Shown one piece after another: positions 35,360 through 49,410 of a stretch of 64,000 nt of DNA. Origin of the DNA: Lophium mytilinum (taxonomy: Eukaryota); contig MU004181.1 in the NCBI GenBank assembly GCA_010093605.1, positions 2,852,001 through 2,916,000 on the forward strand, in the 5' to 3' direction. Under the pieces are notes generated by a model, which saw only the letters and a list, made by a program, of their open reading frames with translations, made no database searches and had not been told where the DNA came from. Position 1 is the first letter of the stretch, and each line of letters begins with the position of its first letter. A program made the position numbers and the translations under genes.

Positions 35360-36408
35360 CTTGGAACTTAGATGTAACGTGTCGAGAAGAAGAGCTGAAA
35401 GAAATTTAGCACGCGTGCAGTCTCGTACTCAAGAAGTAACTACGAAAAAAGCCTTCGGGTCTACCAGAAGGGAAAGAAGATACTGTAGCAGGCCAGCATG
35501 TTACAGAGAGGAAGAGAAGAGAGATACTTGAGGATATCTGTCCCCACCAGATATGCTAGGGCTGTGTGCGGCGCGAGGACGCATGGCTCAGCTTTCGAAA
35601 CCGACCATCGCGGGGCTGAGCAACGCCGCCCCCAGCAAAAGGATCGTGTCTTTTATAGTTCTTACCCCGGACGCTCGACCAGCATTATCGGGAGGACCGA
35701 CAGAAACATGAAACGCTGACGTCACGTTCACGGACTTCATTGTGCTTTTGGAGAAGGATGAATGAATGATCAAGGCCCGTTTTGGGGTCCAGCGGATATC
35801 ATTGTGCTAAATAATTGGATGGCGAGTCCCAGTCAGTCATGATCCTATAAATGAGGTTCCTCGACGCCTTATGGGCAATCAAACAAAACTCCTCCGAAAG
35901 TTCTGTCCCCTTTTTATAACATACTTGCGGCGATGGGCGCAAAGTCCATTTCATATCAGATATCAGCTGCGACCTCTCCAGACCTGCTATGCAGTCGGCT
36001 GAATGCAAACCAAGTGTTGCCTTCAAGTCGCTTCCTATGATATAATGCTTGGATCCCGCTCTCAGGAGCGGGCTCTCACACGCAACCATTTCTGTTCATT
36101 CGCAATCCACTGAGTGGTTGTCAGCCCCCACGCCGATTGAGGACATGCCCTATTCTCTGATATCTGTCATATCCATGTTGAACCAGGAGAATGGTGCTGG
36201 TGTGACGTGATGATGTCTCACTGTCAGATCGATCGTAGCCATTCCAATTTACAACGAGCATCAGACCAGGCACGCTGGATGGGCTCCGAATGAGATCAGA
36301 CCGGAAGGAAATCTATATTTCTGCCAGGCACTGTTTGGCATTGTCGAAAATCGGTTATCGAGAATCGCGTTCGTGATAGGTTCGTCAGATTTTGAATATG
36401 GCGATGAT

Positions 36409-37770
36409 TTAGTTCTCATCTTCTTCACCTTCGAGCAAAACATATTCCAGGATGTCGCTGAGAGTTACCATGCCCTTAAGATGTCTGTTTTCGTCAATGA
36501 CGACTAACCTATGGACACGGGACCTGCGAATAGTGTCGAAGATGGTGCTCAAGCGGTCGTCCGGTGAACAGGTGTAGATTCCGGGGAAGTCCTTGTGATC
36601 GTTAGTAAGGTTCACTACGGTATGACAGTGGACCTACATCTGACCGCTTGAGAAGGGCTTCGCCGACATTGAGATTCAAGTCGTCGTACGAGCCTCCCTT
36701 TATGAGTGTAATGATATCCACTGCTTCGAAGACGTTGAGAACATAGCCTAAAATGGTCAGCTTTCGCCCCTTACAAATACCTAGCACACTGACCATCTGC
36801 ATCCAGAATTGGAACACTTGATATGTTCTTTTTGACTAACATGTGAATGACATCTATGACAGGTGTATCCATGTGAGCTGTCTGAAGACCTGAAAACGAG
36901 CCCATGCCTATGTCTTTCAGCGACTTCCCCAACATCTCTGTTTCTGTTACATTGACGGCAATGAACTTGAGTATCCTATATTGTGTGACGACACTGACCA
37001 CCATATGACGCTGAGTTTCGTCGTCTACATCTACGAGCGGAATTCTCCGTGCGCGTGACTCCAACATCCTCCGACATGCTTCGTATAGCGGCTTATCGGG
37101 ATGTATGGAAACGGTTTCGATGGGGGCGACGCCAATGGCCTTTTCCACATCTGTACTATTTAGCTGCCTGTTCCTTTGATGTCGTAGATTATCTTACCGC
37201 GGAGACTGTTCAGGCGAAATTGATCCACCTGGGCCAGCGCATCGGGGTTTTGCCAGTAGTATTGAATAACGTTCATGTAATCGGAAGTAGTGAGAAGGCC
37301 TGCGAATGTCGACGATTTCGAGTCCCACAGAGGTGCAGAGACAATGCCTACGCGCAGCCTGGTCAGCCTTCTAGTACGCCCCCCTTCCGCTGAATAGCCA
37401 TACCATTCTGAATGAGTATATTCAAGCTCTTTTTCACGAGCAGCGATGTGTCAAGGACTATCAACCGGAAACTGAGCGGCAGAACGTCGTAGCTGGTGCG
37501 GACCTTGAGAAATGCTCGTATGATTCGCTTTGGATTGCATCAGCAAGTTACTAGTGTTGTCTCACGCAACCCCGCGCGCGAACTGTAACAACTCACTAAT
37601 CCTTCCATCTGCTCTCGATCTATTGGGCTAAGTGTTTTCGGAGTCGCTATCGGGTGGGAGAGCTCTAGGTACGTCCGGGGTTGCACGAAGGCAGGCGGTT
37701 CTGGAGCGGCGCTCTCATTGACGCTGTGCGCAGCCTGAGCTGTCGACTCGCTGACATCTGGTGCAGACAT
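36409..37770 (-). CDS. SNF4: AMPK/Snf1 gamma subunit (CBS domains)
   Basis: Multi-exon; [73 protein letters not shown]. Confidence 0.95.
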
Positions 37771-38762
37771 TGCGACTAGGTGGCAGATTATCACGTAGCT
37801 ACATGGAGCTGCAGCGAAATCGCGTCGGCGGCGAAGTAACGGGCGATGAGGGCAGTCGTGAGTTTTGTGGGGAGGATGATACAAGCTCTAGAGGTCGGCC
37901 CGGTGGTGAGGCGCAATAATGGAGGGGCACACTCAACTAGCACAAACCGTCTGAGGTGGCTTAGGGAGCTATCAGACTTACCAAAGCTAGTATCTCACGA
38001 GTAGCAATAGAGTACTGGGGGACCTCAAGCGGCGCTAAAGAAGCGTATGCAAGCAGAGGGATAGGAGGTATACCTTATAGAAGTGTAGAACGTTAATTAT
38101 GTTAATTCCTGCTGCCACGCTGTCTCACCAAGTAAGTCGGTGCCTCTGTCTGCCACTGATAGAGTGCCTCCGCAAGTTTCCATGCAGTCCAAAACTAAGA
38201 GTTTATATCTCATTCACAGTTTTACACAATGCACTGAAGCACCATATACGGCGGCAGACACGTGTGTCAAAGGCAGAATGCTTGCTAGGTGTGCCACTTT
38301 TTTCATGCCCCGCGTGAGGAGTACTACGTGATGAATATTGGGAAGTTCTATGAGCAAATCGTAGTTTGCTAGTTTTGGAGATACCAGCTGAGCAATCTCC
38401 CTGTATATGGATGAGGGCTGTTCACACTCATCGTTGACAACTTAGTTATCAGCTCTTGCATGTTACTGTTCCGTCTACCTAGCGAACGTGGATCCCCCTC
38501 TCTGCATCATACAGTTGTAGCCCCTTCTTGAACTAAATCGACAGGAGAAAAAGAGAAGTATCAAAGATAAGTCATCACTGCTGAGAGACGCGCCCTTTTC
38601 ACAGCAAACCATGCTAGGAAGCATAGGGCACAGGACCCTTGTAAGAAAGCGACCCAAAATTTGTGAACGGCCAACCCTGGAAATGACAAGCCCCCGGTAG
38701 GCAAGTAGACTGTAAAGGAGGAAGAACACGAAGCAAAACCGCTTGGACGCCGTCGCCAACTA

Positions 38763-40501
38763 TCAGCTCTTTTTCTGCGCTGCTTTCAGAGCTTCGGCGT
38801 TCAGCTCGGGTCCCGGCTCCGACTCCTCCTCTTCCACAATCATTTCAGAGGCTGCCTTTTCGATCGACTCTCCACTCTCGCCGCCAAGCTGCTTCCTTGC
38901 TTGCGAGACAATGGCATCTGCCTCGCTAATTCCCCCCTTCGCAGTTAGGTGATCACCATCAACTCCCATGCTGGATTCGTTCTTGCGCTGCTTGAGCGCA
39001 TTGTTGTCGAATCTTACTACCATGCAAGATAAGTTGTCTGTGGAGAATCGCGCAAGTGCATGTTCGACCAGTTGCTTTGATGCTGTCTGTGGTTCTTGAG
39101 TGTGGCGGATGAGGTCAACGGCCTCTTGATCGGAGCAGACATCCCATAGCTAAAAGAGTCAAGTCAGTTAGCGATCCATGCACATTAGTGGAATGGAAGA
39201 CATACCCCGTCGCAAGCTAGGATAAGAAACTCATCCTGATCAGCTTGAATAACTGTTTCGGTGGTGTACGGATGACCAGTGACCAGATCTTTCATGTAGG
39301 CATCACCGAGTGCGCGTGTGACAGCCAAGACACCGTTGACGCGATTATTGAGAATGAGACCTCCGGCACTAGCAACTCGACGCCCTTCATTCTCGTCGCT
39401 GCCTTTGTGATCGTAGGACAGTCGTAGAGCTCGGCCGTTCCGACACAGTACAATTCGTGCGTCGCCCACATTTGCTGTGTATAGAACCCGTTGACGGCTA
39501 GCGTCGTTCCGTACCTTGGCTTCTGCAACGTGCGGCTCTGTAGCTTCGGCCGAGGAGGTTTCTATGCCGGCTTGCTGAGATTCTGTCGCGCTTTTGACTG
39601 CTGCAACTGCCGCAGGCGCATACAACACTGAACCCGTCGTGGACTGAGAATTGGGAACCCGATCCTCCCACCTGAGCACAGCTATTACCGCAGTGCATCC
39701 GCTGTTCTTGAGTGGTAATTTCTCGAGCTGTTGATCCACAGCAGTGAAGGTCTGATCTAGAAGTTCGGGAATGGGGGTATTCGGGTTCTTCCTGATCGTG
39801 TCTTCGAGTAGGAGATGGAGCTTCTTGCCACACCAATCAGCAGCAAAGGTCCCCGCGTGGCCGTCGAAGATAGCAAAGTAGCCATTATCTGTTTCCGTCA
39901 CAGGTAGGGTTGTGGTGTCAGAAACGGACGAACTGGCATCAGAGATAGAAGTCCTACTCCTGGAGCTAGCGTCATTGCCATAGGCTGGGGCTGGAGTACT
40001 GAGGAAATTGTAGAGATATGCGTGAGTATCTTCCATAGTCCTGCGACATTTCTTGTTTTTGTCTTCAGTAACTCCAACTCTAAATGTAGACCGTGGTCCT
40101 GGAGACGATTCCCCGGCCGAGTTGTTGAGCGCGCCTTGGGGGACACTTAGCGCAGGATCTGCCTTACCGAGCTTCTGTATCGGCGTCTGGGGAGCCGCCT
40201 TGTCGGGATTGGTGGTCGACGAGGTTGGGGAGGATCCATGAAGATGAAGCGACTGTTTTGCACTAGAGAACATGTCTCGAGCACGTAATACTCCACTACT
40301 TCTCCGCTTCTTTTCGCCGCTGGCGGGCGGGGCCTCGTCGTTCGCTTTCCGGTTCGAGGGACTGCTCCCGCCCGCTCGTCTGTCTCCTCCATTGCTTGTA
40401 TCTGAGGGGACGCTAGCGGTCGAAGCCTTCGGAGCTTCCACGACAGAGGTGGACTCGACCACATCCTCCTCTTTTCCGGGAGTCCCAGAGGAGCCGAACA
40501 T
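38763..40501 (-). CDS. PTC1: PP2C protein phosphatase Ptc1
   Basis: [56 protein letters not shown]; intron ~39151..39205. Confidence 0.93.
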
Positions 40502-41879
40502 CCTGTTCAACAGTCCTCCCGAGTTGGAGAAACTCCTCCGCTTGTTTCCTGCCAGATTGATGACGGTACGGCTGCGCGCGGATCGGGGCTTCTAGAAAGT
40601 TGGTAAAGTGCTCAGGATGCTTCGCGGAGCTGGGAGGAAGGGTAGGTGGTCGCGAGAGTCTTTGTGGACTGGAAAGCCCGATTGTTGTCTGATTGAAGGG
40701 TGGAGTCAGCGTTGATTGCCCAAACATGCCTCCTCCGAACCAGGACTAAGGCCGGTGACGATGCAGCGCATAAGCCCAGCGGCCACGGACAAGCGGGCCA
40801 AGCGCGTGCGGGGAACACGAATATAGCACGGGAATATGGGGGAAGCGGCGCACGATATAAGTCTTACTGACTTTTACGTGAAAGAGCTGTGAGGAAAGGC
40901 GATGCCCGCGGTTGGAGAGCAAGAGTGCGGGCGGACCCTGACGGGAATCCGTGAATGACGTACCGTAGATGAGAGATTAGGATAGAAGGCAAAGTGAAAG
41001 GCGCGCAGACAGACAGTGCAAGAGTTGGAAGGCTGGCTGGGATCGATGGTGCACGAATGTTTTGTCGATGTTTGGAACAGCACCGAGGAGGGACCTTAGG
41101 GAGGGGTTGTTGGAAGTTGGGTCGTGCAGCGATCGATCGCTGCGCACGTCAACCTTGGGTTGGGGCTGGGGACGGCGAGTAATAAGCCTTCAACGTGGCG
41201 GCGCACACAGCAGGTCACGGTTCCAACGGCGCGACAGCCTGGCGGACAGACGTAGGTAGTAGCGTAGCCGTAGAAGCCGGGCGCAATACGTTGTCTTCAC
41301 CAGGCATGAATTGGCGCCTCGTAGGGTGGGATGTGCTTCGTATGTATGTACAAAGGTACCCCACGCCCGAGTCTGATATATTTTTAGATGGACAATGTGA
41401 ATGCAAAGTTGATGTTTCTAGGCAGTACACTTGTGGGTCAGCCTGAGGTATCAACAGAACCAGGACCTGAAGCACGCCGAGACGATGTCTTCATCAGCCA
41501 TGTAGCCTTGCCAGAATTGGCAGCATAGGACTGCCTTGCCTGACTTGGAGGGCTTTGCGGTCAAACAGGCGAAATCTACACCTGGAATTTTCACGCCTTC
41601 CCTTGGAGCCATTGAGGCCTGAGCATTATTGAACACCTGAGAGCTCTAGAGACGTTTGTCCATGACAAAGACATGTAGATGATATGAAGTCTTAGACTAG
41701 CTATGTAGCTCTAATGCCATTTCGTGTATATCGTGGGACAAGGAAGTGAAGAGAGAGATATAGGGCATTGGAACTCGATTCGATAAGACAACCGCCCCAT
41801 CGTCCCTGAACGCCATGTTTAACTCCAATGCTGGCGGATTGAACCAAAAGCCGACGGGATGTTCCCGAGAAATGTGGTG

Positions 41880-42870
41880 TCATCGTCGCAGACTATCTAG
41901 CCTTGCCTGGAGGTCGTCGTCGCCTGGATCTCCACCAACCGCCTGTGCGACCCGCCCTTCGGCGACGGCCGTGCTCTGTAACCCAGATGGAGCTTCTCCA
42001 AGCTGTGAAGAAGGCGTTAGTGTCTGTATAGTGCCCAAGCCTGAGAAACGTACCGCTTGTCCAAGGTCAATGCCTATTTCGTCCAGAACCTGGTTGACGA
42101 CCTCTTCTCCCTCCTCCTCGTCCTCTAGTCCCGTAACGTCGTCGATGGCGTCGTCCATCATCTCTTGTCGCTGGTCCATAATGTCGTTCTCCTTTTCGAA
42201 TTCCATAGCGATTCGCTGGAGAGCGGGGAGGTTCATCTGCCGATTCATACTTCCCAAAAGTGCTGCAGTGCTGTTAGAGCCATGTGTCCAACGACTATTG
42301 AATCACTTGCCTGTAGCGCCTTTCATTGATTGCATCATCTGCTCGTTGCTCCGGACTGTCTGCGGAAACTGTTAGATCCACTCCATAGGCAACCCGCTCG
42401 ATGAGACCAACCTGGATCCGCAGAGAAATGGCCTGGAGCTGAGTGCGCATCTGGTAGAACTTCTGGATATATCTGCGCGCAAAGTGAGCACAAAATGAAT
42501 TGTGAGCAAGCCGTCTGCTTAAGATTCGGCGGCGTAAGGGAGGCTATACCGTCTTGTCCTGACCAGATCTTTGGCTTGTATCCTGAGCGGGCCCATCTGT
42601 CCATTCTTGGCGCTCTTCTTGATTTCCAGCACCAGCTTCTTCTCTTGGTTCTCTAGCTTCACTCGTTCCCGATCTAGCTCGCGTTGTGTTTTCTCAAGAG
42701 CCCTCTGATGCTTTCGCAGCCGCTCAGCCGGCGTCATGCGCTGGCGATAGGTCAGCAAAGGACGTATTGTGTGCGTGTGGGAGGTATACTTTTCCGAACG
42801 CCCATTCTACCAGCTGAGGATATAGTGTTAGCTAAGGTGGGATGCGCGCGGTTTATAGACTTGCATTCAT
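41880..42870 (-). CDS. VPS2: ESCRT-III subunit Vps2/Did4 (CHMP2)
   Basis: MN|LVEWAFGK|RMTPAERLRKHQRALEKTQRELDRER...AKDLVRTRR...MNRQMNLP...DDLQARLDSLRR*; multiple short introns. Confidence 0.95.
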
Positions 42871-43204
42871 AATGAGATCTGCTACCAAGGGATAGATAGC
42901 GAGAATATTCAAGCCGGTATCTGGACACAGTGGTGGTTTTGATATGCTCTGCAAGGCAGCACTTCACGGCGCCTTCGTGTCGTTGCTTGGCTGGGGTGAC
43001 GATGCGGGAGTGATAGAGTGGTGAACGGACCACCCGGCTTTAGCTTTGCTTGGCACAACTGCGTTGCCACTTTCAAAAGTCGTACCGAGGACCTCACTCC
43101 ATTTCTATGACATCCATATCATTAACCCTGTGTGTCTCCCCCATCATCGACAACAACAACGACATGCCCATGCGCCCTCGCGCACGACTGTCTCCATCGC
43201 CGCA

Positions 43205-46103
43205 ATGAAGCCCGAGAACGAACACGATGAGAGCGCGTCCGCTGCCGGCTCGTCATCGAACCACCGCATCGAAGCACCCCAGCCGGAGTCATTTCTCCCT
43301 CGTCATGTCCCAGGACGTCCCAATTACATGACCGTCGGCACTGGCTCAACGCCTGAGGCAGCAGCGCGACTGGTCTCGATGCTTGACCAGGACTCCGGAT
43401 ACGGTGGTAGTTTGGACAATGGCGAGAATAGCGCCCCCCGGTGGCACAGCGGCATCTTGGAGGACCGGCCGACACCGAGCCATACACCTGGATTGCCTGG
43501 TGACAACAATGCTGCGTCCGAAAATGAGAGACGTGTAGTTGCAAGCCATGTGCTTCAGCTTTACTACAACCAGAACAAAACCGCCCTTGGCCGAGCGATC
43601 CATGGCACCATTGACACCTTGAAAAGGTTCCAGGAAATGAACATGAAGTGGCCAGCGCATTATCCTTCAGTTCAGTCGGAACAATCGACGACTCAGTCCC
43701 GTAACGATCCCCGTCCTGGACTAAATCATACTCAATCTACCTTGGACAACAACCATAGCCCTGTACAGAGCCCGTCAAGGCCAAGGGCCCCCCGAAGGGC
43801 GGGGACGTCCCTTGGAGAAGACTCAACAGTAGCCGAATCTAGCTCAGCCGCGGCCCATCAGCCTGCCCCCGAGCCCAGGCTAGTCACTCCCCAGCTCGCT
43901 CAAGACTTTTCGGTTCTGAAGCTGGAGCTGAAAATGGGCGGCCGGAATCAATCGGATCTCGTCCATTCTTTAGAAAAGGGCTCCATTGCTTCGTTGCTTG
44001 ATGGCCAGATACAACAGAGTATTAGACATCTCGGATCCTTGAAAGAGAGAATCGAGGACACTGCCAGCAAAGTACTCGTAACGGGAGATCTCAACGCTGG
44101 AAAATCGACTTTTTGTAACGCTTTACTGCGCCGTAAAGTTCTGCCGGAGGACCAGCAACCATGCACCAGCATCTTTTGCGAGGTTCTTGATTACAGGGAG
44201 AACGCTGGCGTGGAGGAAGTTCACGCGGTTCCAATTGGATCTGTCTACAACCGCCATGACGAAAGCACGTACACCGTATTCTCAATCAAAGAGCTCGAAA
44301 AGATTGTCATCGACAACGAGCACTTCTCCCAGTGCAAAATATACATCAAGGACATCCGCTCTGTTGATGAGTCTTTGCTCAACAATGGAGTGGTCGACAT
44401 AGCCTTGATTGATGCTCCCGGCCTGAATAACGATTCCTTGAAGACCACAGCAATATTTGCTAGGCAAGAGGAGATCGACGTGGTGGTATTTGTAGTGTCC
44501 GCTGCAAATCACTTCACCCAGTCTGCCAAGGAGTTCATTTTCAATGCGGCCCGTGAAAAAGCCTACATTTTCATGGTGGTCAATGGCTACGACAACATCA
44601 AAGACAAGCAGAGATGCCAAGAGATGATATTAAAGCAAGTGGCACATTTGAGTCCCGCAACTTTCAAAGAATCCTCTGAACTGGTGCACTTTGTCTCAAG
44701 CAACGCGATTCCAGTCGCGCCATCAGGTGCTCCCGGTGGTGGTCATGGACCAGGAGGATCCGCGTCTGGCTCCTCTGGAGGTGCAGCTTTCTCCGACGAT
44801 CCGGACGGAGATGATGATGACGAACTAAAGGGTAAACACGGCGAACCCGGTTCCCCAGGTGGCAAGGGCAAAGGCAAAGAGCGTGAAAAGCTACAAGACT
44901 TCGAAGAGTTGGAATCGTCCTTGCGCCGATTCGTTCTAGAAAAGCGTGCTCGATCGAAATTGGCCCCTGCGAAGACTTACCTTCTGAACCTGTTGGGCGA
45001 TGTCAATAACCTTGCTTTGGTGAATCGCGACGTTGCACAAGCAGAGCTCGAGCGTGTGAAGACGGAGTTGGACGAGGTTATGCCGGCCTACGAACAATCC
45101 AAGAAAGCGAGGACCGAAGCCGGAGAAGCCGTTGAGCACGAGGTCGAAGTCGCCACTTCCGAAGTTTACAGTCATACAAGAGATACTGTAAATAGCTCAA
45201 TTGAGCGGGTAGCAGAGCAGGATCTTGGAATACCATACCCGGGACTATGGAGTGCGTACCAATATGCCGAAGACATCAGAAACGCTATGCTCCAGGAGAT
45301 TACGTGGACCGTCCATCAATGCGAGGAACATGCTCGCAACAGAGCTGTCCAGGGCTTCAATGGCATCAAAAACTTGGGAATATTACATCTCGGCAACAAA
45401 CTCTATGCGGACGTTATGTTTCTGCCGGAGAGGATGTACCGGAAGCCGATGCATGCATTAGCTCGTCAAGTTGACGTTGAAGTAGAACTGTGGGACTTCT
45501 TCGACGTTGCAAACCTTTGGGAGAGACAGGAGAAAGTCGCCGGTACTGGCATGGCCATGACCGTTGCTGGAGTAGTAGGCGGAAGGCTAGTGGGCGGTGT
45601 TGGCTGGATGGATGGAGCTGTTGGTGCTGCCAAAATCCTGGGCTCAAACAACATGCGTAGGCTGATAATACCCGGTCTCATTGCTACCGGTGAGTACCCT
45701 GTCTGGTTCAAAACGCTTCGCTTGTCATTTCTAACGTTACCTAGTGGCTATCGGTGTGTCTTATGCATTGACGTCCATTCCCCGATCATTACCCCGACGT
45801 CTAAGTACCAAGCTCTCTGCCCAATTGGCGGCGCTTGATTACACTCATTCCAACGCCCTGCGTATTAGCTCAGAAGTCCGCAGAGCACTCAAAGGACCTG
45901 CGAGCGATCTCCGTATTGGTCTCCAACGCAATGTGGAGAAACTGCAAGTCAAAAAGGAAGAAACCAGCAAGTCGAGAGCAGAGGCGGAAGTAGCCCGGAA
46001 ATATTTCTCGAACCTTGTTCGCGAGAGTAATGACATCCGACATGGTGTTCAACGAGTCGACCTCGAGGGCGCACCCCCTGGAATGGCGCAGTACGGCCAC
46101 TAA
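43205..46103 (+). CDS. FZO1: Mitofusin, mitochondrial fusion GTPase
   Basis: G1 GDLNAGKS, LPEDQQPCT, G3 DAPGLN, C-terminal TM segments and heptad region; intron 45689..45744. Confidence 0.95.
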
Positions 46104-46574
46104 TGCTTAAGATATACATGAGACCATCGGTTTAGGAGGGCTGGGCATGGTTTAGGCTGGGTTTGATTGACGATTACTTCGGAGCATTGGTTTGGCGTTT
46201 GTGGAAGCGACTCTCGCTGATCATACCACTTTGATTTGACAGTCCCGAGTTTTGTCTGATTGCGCAAGGCTCAACAAAAGGACCCTGACTCCGTCCTCTC
46301 CACACATCCACGTACATAGATAAAGACACCTATCAAGACAACCTCTTTGTGGTGCATGTGTCTGTTGTTGATCCGTATTGTGCCAGTGAATTGTATGTTT
46401 TACCTAATCAGATGCAGGAGATTTATGACGTAATATTCAAAACATGTAATATTGTCAGCGTGTCCGACGTCAACCGTGAGGCGTGAGCTTCAACCCGGAA
46501 CGCGCCACCTAGACCCTCTGCACTACCCACCCAAAGCTCGACCCATGGCCCTTGACACAGATAATCAGCGATAG

Positions 46575-49095
46575 ATGGCCCAGCGAGATCCACGGCCCCT
46601 GGTACTCCTAATAATTTTCCTCCTAATTCTCAACACTCCCGAACCGCAACAGCAAGGCCTCCCTTACCAATCGCGCTACGAACAAGTTCTCACTCGAGAG
46701 AGGGATGGGCTTCATGTCCTCAATACTACCCGCTACGATGACTTCGATAGCGGTTCACAGCACTGGCTGAACTTGACTGGGTTCAGGGAAGACGATGGAC
46801 TAGCCTGGGAGCTGCTGTCCCCGGTGAAGGAGCGAGCTAGAGCACAGACAACGTATTTATTAGGAGAGGAAGCGGAAAAAGTCCTAGACGGCTCTGTGGA
46901 AGAAGATGGATATCCTGCCGTATATCAGAATGTCACCGGATACGTACAGGGAGAATGGGTCAAGTCCCAAGTTGGCCGAGGTGTTCAGGCACCTCGCCTC
47001 AACCTGTCAGCTATTGCACCGGACCAGATATTCCCGCTATGGGATTTCGATAGAAATCTCACTGGGAACAGTGGAGATGTTCGGTTCCATTTCAGCGAAG
47101 TAGACCACAGCCGAGATACAGCAGAGAACAATACTATATCCTCGATCATTGCTCGCATGGTCATCGGCGAGGACAGTTCTATGGGCAACTGGTGGGAAGT
47201 CAAATTGCACGGCGTGCATTTTGTTGAATCAGGGGGCATTCTTCTCAGCACAACGAGCGAAAAGTGAGTTGTTGCTTCGTGCCAGCTTTATTCGAAGACT
47301 TACCTTATTTAGGTTTGCGGGTATATTTGCCCTCCCTCATTTTACGATATCAGAGAATCAATATCTCAAGACGCAGACCCTCTTGAACCGTACTATACAA
47401 GAGGTGATTAGCAGACAAGAGTCTCAACCGTTTCCGTTATGGAACCCATGGAACTCCGCTACGGAGCCCAGTGAGACAATGTTTCCACCGGCACATTGCG
47501 AATATGTTGTCTACTTGCAGCAACATCCGGTAGCTTTCCGAACTCCCTCCAAGCAGTACCCTACCAGCAACCCCTACTACCTGCATAATATTGAACATGA
47601 GATCCGTTTCCCTACTGGATCCCCTCTTCCTGGTGCTTCGCCACTATCCATGTCAATGATGGCGTTTTCACCTGACTGTGGGTTTGTAATTGAGTCCAAA
47701 GGCCCTCCGGACTACGCTCGTACGGAGGCCTTGCATCTCAGAGGAGCCAAAGTGGAGATATTTATGGAAGTGGCGAGACGCAGCACGCTCGTGTTTGTGT
47801 TGACATTGGCTGTACAGCTAATGTTCCTTGTCAAGCAAATGAAGGAAACTTCGACGCCATCCACACGCAATCGCGTGAGCTTTTATTCGGTCGCTATAAT
47901 GGCCTTGGGCGATGGGTTCTGGTTTTTGACCCTCGTTTTCGTGCATGTCTTCCTCGATGAGTCACTACTCGTGCTCTACGCGACAGCCTTTATGGCACTA
48001 TTCTCGGTCGTTTTCGAGCTGAGGTTTTTGATGGATATTTGGACCATTCAAGCTACAGAACGTCGACGGCAACAGAGACAGGACGCTTCTACGAGCTCCA
48101 CCACTCCAGAACGTCGCGCAACGCCCAGTCCAAGTGGGGCCCAAAGTAATCAGCCCGTGGCTCCCATAGTTTCCGCTGCTGGTGTTGATACTTTACCGTT
48201 GCCAGTCACTGCCAATCGCCCCGTGACAGATACCGGAGCAACGCCAATTATCATTCCGTCGGATCAAGACTTGGACCCTGCTACCGAGAATGCTACAACT
48301 ACCGCTACAACTCCTGGGAACGTTGAGCCAGTGCCTACTAGGGCTGAGCTTGGCACACTGTATACACGCTACTGCCTCTTACTCATAGTCTTCTTCTTCA
48401 TCACTCTCCACGCAGGATCCTGGCCCACCGCGGCTCGATCTGTATTCTGTAACACTGTCTGTTTCATCTACCTGTCCTTCTGGTGTCCTCAAATTTATAG
48501 GAACGTTATGCGGAATTGCCGAAAGGCGTTGCGATGGGACTACGTACTTGGCCAAAGCCTGGCTCGGCTAGTCCCTTTATCATACCTTTATGCCGTTTCA
48601 AGTAACATCATATTCTCTCAAAACGACCTCCAGGCGCTGATGGTCCTCGTTGGCTGGGTGGGCGTCCAGATTTTCGCCCTCCTCAGCCAAGAGATCCTCG
48701 GCCCACGCTTCTTCGTCAAGGAAGGCTGGGCACCGCCAGCGTATGACTACCATCCCGTCCTACGGGAGGACGAAGAGGGCGCCATGATGCCAATCGGCTC
48801 TACCCAGGTCTCCGAAGACGATCCAGGCGCGTCAACGAAGCAGGGCGAGGCAATGGATAAGGACAAGGGGAAGAAGATATTCGATTGCACGATTTGCACA
48901 CAGGATGTCGAAGTGTCGATTATTCCGAGCGGGGGGTCTGTGGAAAGCAATGCGGGCATTGGCGGGAACATTCTTGCGCGGAGGGCGTACATGGTTACGC
49001 CATGTCGGCATATCTTCCATACGCCATGTTTGGAGGGCTGGATGAGGTATCGCTTGCAGTGCCCGAATTGCCGTGAGATTCTTCCGCCGTTGTGA
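46575..49095 (+). CDS. TUL1: Transmembrane RING E3 ubiquitin ligase Tul1/Dsc1
   Basis: Signal sequence, luminal TTSEK|FAGIFALPH and FSPDCG, multiple TMs, PQIYRN..RN, RING CTIC...TPCRHIFH..CLEGW....LQCPNCR; intron ~47264..47312. Confidence 0.93.
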
Positions 49096-49410
49096 GGGAA
49101 TGGGTCGGGGGTAGGCTTCGAATGGGATCAGCAACGCAATTAAATTCGCTTATTGTTGAGCATGTTCCCATGATACTGTGATGTCGCCAATGTCTCTAGC
49201 TATGAAATCCCTAAAGTCTGAAGCTTGTAGCCGCCGTAGCTCACTTCTGATTTTCATCTGGGCATGGCGTGGGGTGAGATTTATCGGAGAGCTACCTTTG
49301 TAAGACGGCCTGCCTTTTGCGATTTGATCTGTAAAAGTTTGAAGTAGAACTCTGTGAAATTTTGAGACACAAGAACACTATCATACAAGTATACAGGATT
49401 GTGACAACAT

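Noticed and set aside
44710..44890. Gly/Asp-rich insertion in the Fzo1 GTPase domain
   Set aside because: A low-complexity loop with intact frame and motifs; not evidence of an intein or a new domain.
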